Positions 26,391 to 36,851 of a stretch of 64,000 nt of DNA are shown piece by piece. The stretch is taken from positions 1,488,001 through 1,552,000 of the forward strand of contig NW_027117343.1 in assembly GCF_038025025.1 (NCBI RefSeq), written 5' to 3'. This DNA is from Phyllosticta citribraziliensis (lineage: Eukaryota). The translations under genes and the position numbers were made by a program. Position 1 is the first letter of the stretch, and every line of letters begins with the position of its first letter. Below the pieces are notes generated by a model. It had not been told where the DNA came from, did not search any database, and worked only from the letters and a program-made list of their open reading frames with translations.

Positions 26391-29203
26391 CCATATTGCC
26401 TGGAGGTCTGATTTCTTTCGACACCCATTGTGGCGTCTCGGAGGTCTCGAAAGGGGTTTAACCTTGACAGGGATCCCAAGTCCGCGCCCTCGTCATGATC
26501 GCGTCCTCCTTTTCGAAAGGTGTTGCCAAAACCAACTGCGTTTCCCAGGGCAAGAATGGAGAGGCTCCAAGAACGCCAGCAGTAAGCCAGCTCGCCCTGC
26601 GGCCTCCAGGGCAAGAATTCGGCGTCGAGTAGGGCTTCAATTTTCAGTTGGACAAATCCACCCCTTGAGGATGAGATCGTCGAGCGGGGCTATATACGGC
26701 GGGGAGTGATGATGGAGGTATATAAAAGAACCGGGTCAATAAATGGGAGGAGGAAAAATAGAAGTAAAGGAGATGGAAGTCTTTCCACAGGACGACAAAT
26801 GGGGCTCTGCACGGATGTTGAGAGTGCGGAGCAACGTAGGCAGCCACGTCGTTCGGCCGTTTGCTTCGGGTCCTGAAGAAGCTTGTCAGTTCTACCGGAT
26901 CCTTCCTCAACAGGTTTGGTACTCACAACATTCTCTTCATCTGCTGCTTGCCGCGCCCGCAAGCTGGTCATCGCGGCGGCTTCGCTTTGAAGTCTCACTG
27001 GTGATGCGTTGGAAGGCTCCAGCCCGCTGCACATGACCTTACTGGAATCGATCTTTACGTTCGTAGGGTCGATCCATATCGCTGTGGCGTAGGACGCGCC
27101 CAAGACTGAGATGGAGTGCGTCCACTGTCGCTGCTTCGACTTCAAGGTTTGCCGGCGCAGAGGTTGTATACGCCAGTCCACGCATGTCCAGCTCTCCGGC
27201 CCAGCTTGTGTAGTCGGACGTAAATTGTTCCAGACAAGAAGGGATATGGATGGCTTTGGATGGATCCACGTTCCAAAAGCGTGAGGAGCGTCGTGGAAAG
27301 TGTACGAGGAGCTGTATATATACAGGAACAGGGTTGGTGAAAATAGCGGTATACAGCCCCGGGACAGAAGAAAATCTGGGCCCACAGATTGAGGAAGAGA
27401 AAGACCTGTGCAGGATAAAAGCAACCGTCCTCTGGGGCTGGACTGTGATCCGGCAGAGACGACATCTCGGCCTTGTTCTCTTGGAGCTTTCTCTAGCCCT
27501 GAGTGAACATGTCAGCCTCTCTCAAAACGATTCCAAATTTGATGGATCTGGAAACTCACTCTCAAAAGACGCCCAAACCCAATACAGTTAATACGAATGG
27601 GTCGGCTGCGTGCGAGTGGATGGCGAACATGGCTTTCGAGCTGCCAATATACACGAGAGGGAGTTCGGGCTGCTTGAGAACTTGTGCAAGGCGTGACATC
27701 AGTGTTAGCCATCCAAGCCATGGTGATGAGGGGACAGCTGTTGGGCAGGGAGGTGTCATTCCGGCTGCCATCGGACATCCAGAACTTTGGATTGAAGCTC
27801 TTTGTAACGGTGGCATCTTCATGAGTACGCCTTGGGAAGTAGAACCGACAGGAGGGTTGAACGTCGGCGCGAGCACTCTTTTCTTAACGCCGGCAATAGT
27901 CGTTGCAGCGGTGCCGTTGTGCAAATGAATTTCTTGATCACGGGCTCGTTCCTCGGAAGAGACAAGAAGGCGGAGGTGGAGGTATATACCACAGGGACGA
28001 CATGCCAACAAGCAGAGGCGAGCGGAGACGGAAACCGGTGAGGGGGCTCTGGAGCGAGTCGCGCTGCTTGGGAACTGGAAGACGGGAGGAAATACTGCGG
28101 CATCATGGACGTCGCCTCCAGTTCTTCTCTTGGTCGGCGCGGGTCTGCTGTCCTTGGGGGAGGATTTCTCGGGTGACCCCGCTTTGAAGGGAACAAGGTG
28201 ACCGAGTCGGCGACAGCCGCCTGGCTCAGAAGGGCGGCGACGACATCTCCCGAGAAGTGGTGAATATATACGCGGGGAAGGCAAAGTCGAAAATGTGTAG
28301 GAAACGACTGAAGTGTCGAGTGACCAAGCCAGATCGAAGAATGGGGTACCTTGCTTGAGTTCCCCGATTGCGTGGTCCTCCGGGGCGCGGCCTCCAATAA
28401 CTTTCCGCTTCGACTTCCTCGATCGTGCCTTGGGTGGTCTCGGCGTCTCCGGTCGGAAGCTCGACCTGGCCCACGTGGTGCTGCTTCGGGAGCTGCCAGG
28501 GCTGTGTCTCCGAGCAAGAATGCTGCATCCAAGAGGCTGGCGACTTTCCATCGACGCGAGGCGGACACCACGCGGCCATTGATTGCTGGATGATGCTCGA
28601 GGGCCCTCAGACGGGCACATGGTGCGGTCTATGACGTCCACGTCGCGGCTCGGGACCGCAGCCCTATAAATTGTGGATTTTGCTGGTGGTCCACGGCAAA
28701 AGGTAGGCGTAGATGAGTGTATATATGGTAATGTTGAAGAGGAAGCAGAGGAATAGAAATATACCAGGTGCGGTACTTCTCCTTTACCCCGACGTGAAGG
28801 ACGAGGGATTCGCCAGTGATGTCGACTCCGAGTGCCCAGCCCTGCAGACAGTTTTCAGAAAATATTCTCCATCACAACAATTTATCAATGCGGCACTTAC
28901 AACAATAGCCTGGTCGTGTTGCTGCTGATCTGGGGGAGCATCCGTCTCTGCACGCATCCCGTCCTTGCGCTCTTTCTGCTGGACCTCCGTGGCAGGTGCT
29001 CGAGCTTCATCAGAAGCCACGTCGTGGCAGCACAAGTTTTGGAATTCCGGGTCCAGCCAGCGGTACATTCGGCGAGTTGCTGCACGCAGAGGGCATCGTA
29101 TTGGCGTGCAGTGTGACGGGCAAGCTCGCAATAAACCAGCAGGGGTTGGTCTCCGAACGGTCCAGAGAGTCAATTTATACGGGAGGAAAGTAGGAGATGA
29201 TGG

Positions 29204-29769
29204 AGGTGTATACGAAAGGCAGAATGGTAGGGAGAGAGGAGGCCGAGCGCCAGGTGTGGGGGGTGAGTCAGGACCTCCTGGCTTCACACCATTTGCTTGT
29301 CTCGGGCAGCATCGTCCTTGATGAACGCTTCCCGACCCGCTTGATAGTCTGGCGACGCGCATGCTGGGCGCAGTAATTGGTGTCTTCCATGAGGCCAACC
29401 ATGTATGCCTCGGCCGCCTCTTGAGGCGCCTCCAGCGCCTTGCTCTGCCACGGCGTAATCTGGCTCAGTGCCGGTGCTGTCACGTTAGAGCTGACTTCGT
29501 GGACCTGTATACACACACGTGTCAGCCAAAATTTCAGCTAACTGTATGTATGGATGTACTGACCAGGCACACAAATGGCACTTTTGTCAGGAGCAGGTCG
29601 GCCGAGTTGACGAAACACCAATTGAAAGGCAGTGCGATCTTCCTTGCGATCACGACGAAGGTGTATACGAAAGGTAGAATGGTAGGGAGAGAGAGTTCCA
29701 CACCAGTTTGCCGGGGTTCTTGCTTCACACCATTTGCATGTCTCGGGCAGCACCACCTTTGATGAACGC
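29204..29769. repeat. Pair of 110-125 bp direct repeats (29204-29328 and 29659-29769) flanking the H3-like core
   Basis: Both copies share AGGTGTATACGAAAGGYAGAATGGTAGGGAGAGAG and GCTTCACACCATTTGCWTGTCTCGGGCAGCA..TTGATGAACGC. Confidence 0.9.
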
Positions 29770-29815
29770 GTCCTGAACGATGAACACTTCCTGGGCAGGG
29801 TTGATGCAGTGGCAT
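29268..29815 (-). pseudogene. Divergent histone H3/CenH3-like histone-fold fragment (intron 29505-29563)
   Basis: Spliced product reads IAL...NSADLLLTKVPFVCL|VHEVSS...[36 protein letters not shown], aligning to the H3 core STELLIRKLPFQRLVREI...FQSSA..[29 protein letters not shown]. Helix alpha3 is missing. Confidence 0.82.
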
Positions 29816-32479
29816 TGCTCCACTTGCTCGGAGTTCTGATTCGCCGTCTTCGTTGAGGGCGTAACGTGCCTACACACAGCTGTCAGTCTCCATCCCCCAA
29901 CACAGCGTCTCAAACTCGACGGAAGTGGCACTCACGGGTCGATATATACGGGAGGAAAGCAGGAGATGATCGACGTGAGAATCGTTGGGAGAAAGAAGAG
30001 GCGGAGCGCCCGGTGCAAGATCAAGACCCGGATCCTCCGGCTCCACATCGTCGTGTTCGTCCACTTTGCAGTCCAAGGTTTTGAGCGTGCCTCGGCATTG
30101 TGCAGCCTGCTGTTGGTTCTTGATGGATAGGTTGAGGGTGCTGCAGACAGCCGTCAGTCTCCAACCACCAGAACAAGGTGTCAAATGCAATGGAAATAGC
30201 ACTCACAGCGACAGATTCGTTGCCGGAGTGTTGCGGCTCGCTGAGCCAACACCTGCGCCGGAGCTCTCGAATAGGAACTTTGAAGGGCGCCTGGAATGGT
30301 CATGAGGGTCGATATACGGGGGAAAGTAGGTGAAGATGGAGGTATACACGAAAAGTGCGGTGTCAAAGGGGAAACAGAAGGGAGAGCTTGGGCTCTTTCT
30401 TGATATGTAGCCAGCCAATTCTTTCCGTAACTGAGCGAGCTCATCAGTCTCAGCAGCAAAAATTCACTAGATGCGGCACTCACATCCAGAAGTGGCGTTT
30501 TCAGTAGCTTGGCAGCGCAGCCCAAGCCCAGAATCGAGTGACGCACTCGGCTCTCGACGCAAGACCGCTTCGATGGGGCATCTTTCACGAGAGCGAGGTA
30601 GGTGAAGATGGAGGCGACGACCGCGAGAAGGGTTTGCGATATCCTCCGCAATTCACCACCACCGTAAGACTTCAGACTCCAGTGCAGGAGTCGTTGAGTG
30701 GGCTCTCGGACGTCTGGCGGAGCGCGCGGAGCTCCGCGACATTGTCGGGCAGTTGTCCGTCCGGGAAGCCGTATATACAAGGTAAGACGTCCGGCTGGCT
30801 CCAGAAGTTGTACAAGTTGACAACGGTCGATGGATGATTGCGACACTGTGTTTGCCAAATTTTGAGAAGATCTGGGCGGGAGAGTGAGACATTGTGGATC
30901 AGAAGGGGGGCCAGAGACGAGACGTGATATCGGCTTCCGTGGACCCCACCAGTCTTTTCTCCGTCTCCAGCCTCCGCCGCGAGTTCTCCCTGGCCGGAAG
31001 TTGTTTGGGGCTGGTGCGAAGTTCACGTCGCCGGAGCCTTTTCCAGCAACAAAGCCTCTCCCTAAGTTCGGCAGAATTTCGTTGGGCTGGCCAAGGGAGC
31101 ACACAGGACGGCAAGAAAAGGCGGACCAGCGAAAGCGCGACCATCGTAGTGGTCGATCATGTCGCGGTGCCCCGCGACCAGAGATGGTTCGGCGGTGTTC
31201 TCTTTTCCAAAACGGTTCAATGCCGAAGTGCTGGCTGCTGAGACTATCAGCTTGGACGATTGAGGTAGAGAATTTGGGCTGCGACTTACCAACGACCCTC
31301 GTTCCCCCAGACACCGCGGAGCATGATATCGCTCCAGGATCCAAGCAGCAGGGCTCCGAGTGTCCCGGACTCGATCATGGGCCCTTGATATATACCGACG
31401 GAAAGACGCGATGTAAGGTGAGGAAGTTGGTAAACCGGTGATCCGAGATTGAGGATACTGGCTTTGTAGGGGAATGGCCGCCTTTTTCTCCTCTCCCTCC
31501 TCTCCAACACCCTCGGCGTACGTTTGCTTTGCTAGACCCAGTGTCGAGAACAGATGGCAGGGGAAGTTTGCGTTCCACTGGCAGCAAAACGCAAACGCTG
31601 GCATTCGTCGACGAGGACGGCCGTCCACACGTACGTCCGCCGCGTCGCGACTTTGCGGCTCGCCGTGGAGGGAGTAACTCACTCGCCACGCCAGCGCAGC
31701 CGCATGATGCGAGGCTGCTGGTCCCTTCCGTCGTGAGGGCATCGGAGGATAGCTTCACTGACAAGCAGCCCAGCCCAGCCAAGCCCAGCCCACAACACCT
31801 TCTGAGGTAGCCTCCAGCTCTTCACTCGCCTGCAAAAAAATCAGTCTCAGTCTCAAATCTCAACCCCCCTCGCCAAACCCGAACGAGACTCACAGTAGTG
31901 GCGGCTGCTTCGAGCGCACATCGCGGGATCCTGTATCGTCCACGGCACCCACCGACCAAGGTTTTCTCTTCGTTGAGTGCCATGCGCTGCAGCGGCGGTG
32001 GCGGCGGCGACGTTATGGGTGCTGGCTGCATCATGACGCCAAAAGCCGTACATGAGGATGATCAGGGACGCGGAGGCGGAGGGAGCGCGATCTGGTATAT
32101 ACCGATATACCGGGTGGAAAGGAAAAGAAAGGTGACGAGGTCGTGGTATACGTGCAGACGACCGCAAGCTCTTCGTGGATCTTTTGCAGAGCCTCTGCGC
32201 CGCTAGGAGAAGTAGGACGGGAAGCAGACGGAGAGCGAAAAGGCTAGCTGCGTCTCCGGATAGAAGGAAGGCTGGGGGCTACATGCCGCCGCGATGTATG
32301 TATATACTTGCAGTTCCGAGCGAGAAAAAGACGAGGGAAGCAGTGGGGAGGTCGTCGTGTATTGTATAAATCGACAGCGAGAACTGAAAGTATGAGACAC
32401 TGCGCTGGACTGCGACTAGCTACGATGATGATGGTGGTGGGAGGTCAGATGAAGCTTGCTTGCGAATGGGAAATACCAG

Positions 32480-33610
32480 CTGTAGCAAAGGCGCGCAAAC
32501 TGCAGTCAAGCAGAGCAAGCAGACAAACCTACCCCGTGGAGCCGCACCCCTGACTACGCTCTCTTTCTCCCTTTCCCACGGACAAGAAGACAATCACTGG
32601 ACGCAGCAAGCAAGCAAGCAACTCTACATACCTACGACGGTCGCCGTGCCGTACGCACCGCAGGCAGGCAAGCAAAAGCGACAACGTGTGCAGACCGGCC
32701 AGGCTGGCTGGCTGGCTGGCACGCCGCTGGTGGTCCTGTCGCACAACACCACAACGCATGCTGTGCGTCGTGCGCATACACTCAGGCGAAGACAAAGACA
32801 AGACAAATAAGAAGAGCGACACCGCAATCCGCCATCCGTACCGCAGCTTCGCGGCCGTGCGTATGCTGCGAGGGAGCAAGCAAGCAAGCAAGCCTCGCTG
32901 CTCAACGGCCACGCTGTTTGGCACAGCTCCTGTGCTGTACCGTAGACCAAAGGCATCGACAATGAGCGTGTTTCCAGCGGTAGGTACCTATCCAGCCAGC
33001 CAGCCAGCGAGTGCAGCCAGCCAGCAGCACGCACCCGCGCACCATCAAATTCTCCGCGTAGGTAGGTAGGCGCAAAGATTGTACGCGCTCGTCACGTTGT
33101 TTGTGTCCGTGGCCGAGCTGTATCCACGCCCGTGTCCAGCCTGTTGCTGCGTTGGCTCAGCCAGTCCAGTCCTGCTGTCTGTCTGTCTTGTCTGTCAGAC
33201 CGCACCACAGCGCGACACGCCGACATGCACGACAGCCGGGGAAGGCGGCAAGTCGGAACGACGGGCGGGGATATTGTGTGTGTCTGTCTCCCTATCTGTC
33301 TGTCTGTCTGGCGGCCATGCACGACCGACGTGCGCGACGCAAGCACACCGCACCAACCCACGGCAGACGGACGAAACGCATGGATGACGGGGGCGGGCGG
33401 CACATGGTTAGGTAGCTAGCTGTATGCGGGCGCCGGGGTCGGACAGTCAGATGAAAGTAGGTCGGCCTTCTCGTAAAGTAAGCACAAGCACACCACCAGC
33501 ACCCCACCACACCCCACTTACCTCATCTCACCCCGCGGTCCCCGCGCTTGGGAGACTCTGGGCGCGCTTTTCTACCGCGGATGGCTGGCTGGCTGGCTAC
33601 TCAGACGGCT
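32480..33610. repeat. Tetranucleotide-microsatellite-rich tract
   Basis: Short runs of (GCAA)n, (GGCT)n, (CAGC)n, (GTCT)n and (GTAG)n. Confidence 0.75.
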
Positions 33611-34244
33611 GCTGGCTAATGCGCGGGCGCGGTAAATGCGCGGAGGAGAGCATGCTTCGCGGCCGTAGTCAGTCGAATCACCGGTGCAAAACATCACAAA
33701 TGAGAGAGTTGGAGGGAGGGAAACCGAGATTGATTGCAGGGAGGGCGGGCGCTCCATCGGCACAAGTCCGGAGAATTGGCCGCTGGAGCGCCCGGGGCAA
33801 GAAAAAAAAGTTGTAAGGAGAGACTGTGAGAGTGAACTCGTAAAGCAGGCTAGCATTTCCCTGATTCAGTCAGACGACGCCGGAGCGAGTCGAGACACCA
33901 GCCGCGCGAGGAGACTAGCTGTAAGAGGGAGCGCAAAAGCAGAAGAGCAAAAAAGCAGGAGCACACACGTTCATTCCAGTCGTCAAGAACCGAAAAGAGG
34001 TGTAGAGAAAGAAAGGCCGAATTCATAAGCATGCAGTCCCTAGCCCAAGCCCTGCGAGGCAGTCCTTGGCCCGGTGTGTCCGCCAGTCCGGCGCGAATCG
34101 CAGAATCTACGGAGCCGGATGAAGATGCGAGCGACGTGGTCACAGCTGGGAGAGCAAAGGGGTTGCTCGTGGCTCTCTGGTGCCGACGAGCCGTGACGGG
34201 TCTTGTATCGGTCGCGGTGGCGGACGGGGCGCGGTGGCGGGTGC

Positions 34245-34896
34245 TTAGAAACCGTGGACCTGGGTCGCTGTCAGTTGCAGTTGCGGCGGAGACGAGAGAA
34301 GCAGACGGACCTTGATGGTCTTGGCGTCAAGCTCCAGTCCTTCCTTCTTATCGGTGAGGAATTCCTGGACATCCTTGCGCTGGTCACCCTGGAGCTGGAT
34401 CACCTCGCCCATCTCCGAGTCGTGGACGATGGTGCCATTGCAGGCAAACTTCTTCTTGATGACCTTGAGAATCTTCTTCTGGTCAAACTTCTTGGGCAGG
34501 CCCTGGACCGTGGTCAAGGTCTTGCGGCCATTGCGCTCTGCAGGTGCCACGTATCAGCGGCAGGGTCCAAGGGGCGCGAGGCGCATGACGCAAGAGGGCC
34601 GTCGAGGCTGGTGGGAGGGGACATACGCTGGATACGGATATGGATGTAATTCTGAGACTGCTTGGTCTCGCCTGTGTCCTCGTCGGCCTCGGCGAAGGGG
34701 TCTGGAAAGAGTCAGCGGGGTCAGGGAGGGTCGGTGAGAGGCGGTCGCATCGCGCTGACGACTTTGCCTCGCCGCGTGTTGTCGGCGCGGGGCAGGTGAG
34801 GTTGACGTCGGGCGCGAGGCTGACGAGGGGCTGGGGTGGGTTGAGTGAAGCGGGGCTGAGCGTACCGAAGGTCCTGAGGTTTTCGATAGTTGACAT
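34245..34896 (-). CDS. SUI1: Translation initiation factor eIF1, 115 aa, exons 34866-34896, 34627-34701, 34311-34537, 34245-34259
   Basis: Spliced protein MSTIENLRTFDPFAEADE...NYIHIRIQQRNGRKTLTTVQGLPKKFDQKKILKVIKKKFACNG...IQLQGDQRKDV...IKVHGF. Confidence 0.97.
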
Positions 34897-35477
34897 AAAC
34901 CTGTCTTTTGCGGAGACTCTTTCTAAGTGTGGTGTAGAAAGAAGACGGGGTGAGGGTGTGGCTGAAGCGAGGCAGACAGCTGGTCGTGTGTCGTGGGTGG
35001 TGTTGCGGGTGGTGTGTGTGGAGAGAGTTGGTGTGGTGAAGGTCGACGTGGGCCTCCGCTAAATATATGAATCCGCTTAGCGCCGCCGCCGCAGGAGTCC
35101 TGGCTCTGGCTCTGGCCTGTGCCCAGACCGGCTCAACCACCCAACACCCACTGGTGGCAAGGCAAGGCAAGCGCAGCGCATCCGAACGGAGCGTCAGGTC
35201 AATCTGGCCTCGGGTCGACGCTGGCCTGGCTCACGGTAATGCTTTCTACGGTTGTCGTCTTCTCCTTCGTCTCCATCATCTTTGCAGCCGCGCTCGCTCT
35301 TTGTTCGCCCTACCTGCACGTGCCAGCCGTTCCCGTCTGGAATTACTGCGATACTCATTCCATGAATTGAATTCGACTCCCTGTCACTACTCGAAAAAGC
35401 CCGCCACTTTGCCCAATCCTGGCCGACCCGCACTGTCAGACTATACATGCTTCGCTTCCTCGCCGTACAGCAAACAA

Positions 35478-36200
35478 TCACTGCGCAGGGGGCGCGGCAG
35501 CAGGGGCTTCTGTGCCTGAACCAGCGCCTGCGCGCACCGGCGGAGGAGGCAGAAAAAGAGGCAAATACGACTTATAACGTCAGCTCGAAACGGGCGTTGC
35601 TGCAGCCGCAAAACTCACAACAATCAGGGACATGACTGGTTGGGGCGTTAGTCATGGCTACAAGGTTGCGGGAGGCCAGCAAACTCACACGACATGCCAA
35701 CCGTGAAGATGCTGGGGGTCGAGGCGGCGCTCTTGGTCTCGGGAGTCTCTGCCAGCCAAGTCTGGAGGGCAAAGATGACGGCCGTCCTTATCTTGGGGTT
35801 AGATGATGGGGTGGATGCTTGGTGACGAGCTTACCAGCCAACCATTCTAGGTTTCGGATTTGGAGTTAGCACGGCGCAAATCGAGTGCGACCCGATCGCG
35901 ATGACGAGACTCACTTGTTTCTCGTAAATATCTGGGGGCGTTAGCTAGAGATGGGCTTGGTGTTGCAGCTACTTACGGCGGCCATTGGCAGCGTGCTGGC
36001 CATTGTGCCTGTTTCGACGTCAGCTCCAGCTGCATGGCCAAGGTGTGCGCAAGATGGTCACCGGAAAAGTCTGGATCGGATTTGGCCTCAACCTGGCTGT
36101 AGGGTATTACTGGAGGGGGAGGACATTAGCAGGCGACACGTGATGAGGGAGCCAACGTACTGAGGTCGTCCCTCCGCATGTCCTTCTTTTGCGATGCCAT
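35478..36200 (-). CDS. Small membrane protein, Asterix/PAT10 (WDR83OS, UPF0139)-like, 8 exons
   Basis: Seven GT..AG introns with branch sites give one frame: MASQKKDMRRDDLIIPYSQVEAKSDPDFSGTMASTLPMAAIFTRNKMVGWTAVIFALQTWLAETPETKSAASTPSIFTVGMSFMSLIVSYLPLFLPPPP.... The family call rests on the recalled DxRR..Y / K..xW / VSYL pattern. Confidence 0.8.
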
Positions 36201-36851
36201 GGCGATGAGCGGTGACGGTGACGGCGACGGCTGGGGGAAGCGGGTGCGGGAGGATGCAATGTGATGTGATGGAGAAGTCCCGTCGTGGTGTTTGCTTTGG
36301 CGTCGGCGACGGGAGAGCGGGCCAGCAAGGATGAGCGCCTGGGCCCTAGGAACGGACATGCGATGCGATGCGCTGCGGATACCAGCCTAACCGGACGCAG
36401 ATGACTGCGATAATGACAGACTAGGCCGGGCCATGCTGGAGAGAAGCGTCCTTCGCTCAGTCAGATTGCCCTACACCTCTCCAAATTATATCGACATTCT
36501 CGCAACATCTTCGACTGGCGCGGCTAATGCCCCGAGCCGAGCCAGCAACCCGCCGTAACCTGTCCAGTCCAGTCCGTCGCCGGTCCCGACAGCCCAGGGC
36601 CCCAGAGAGCACACCACCCGCTCGCACCGTTACCTTAGGTTGACTTGACCTGACCTGACCGCACCTCTCCCCTCCTCCACCACCTTCACATTGCCCGCCA
36701 CCCTCCGGTACGTCGCTCTCGGCTTCTTCCACGCCAAACTAACGGAACCGCCCAGATGTGCGACCCTCGTGCCGACTGCCTGCCCCAACCCTCATCGCTG
36801 CCACTGTAAACATGGCTACCGACGCCTGATCACGCATGGACCCAGAGTGCC

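Larger units (their letters stand above)
19015..32310 (-). other. ORF-poor array of short decayed units marked by minus-strand GTATAT motifs and minus-strand introns
   Basis: ATATAC (plus-strand reading) counted by eye at 24 positions; introns at 20356-20414, 20858-20917, about 26873-26926, 29505-29563, about 29870-29935 and about 30142-30205. Confidence 0.7.

Noticed and set aside
27562..31344. Long minus-strand ORFs (359, 250 and 387 aa) in the left array
   Set aside because: They are Arg/Ser/Pro-rich with no domain or codon bias, consistent with chance ORFs in GC-rich DNA.
19015..32310. CRISPR array or Pumilio-element (TGTANATA) sponge
   Set aside because: The locus is eukaryotic with no constant repeat or spacer lengths and no cas genes; most motif copies lack the 5' T that a Pumilio element needs.
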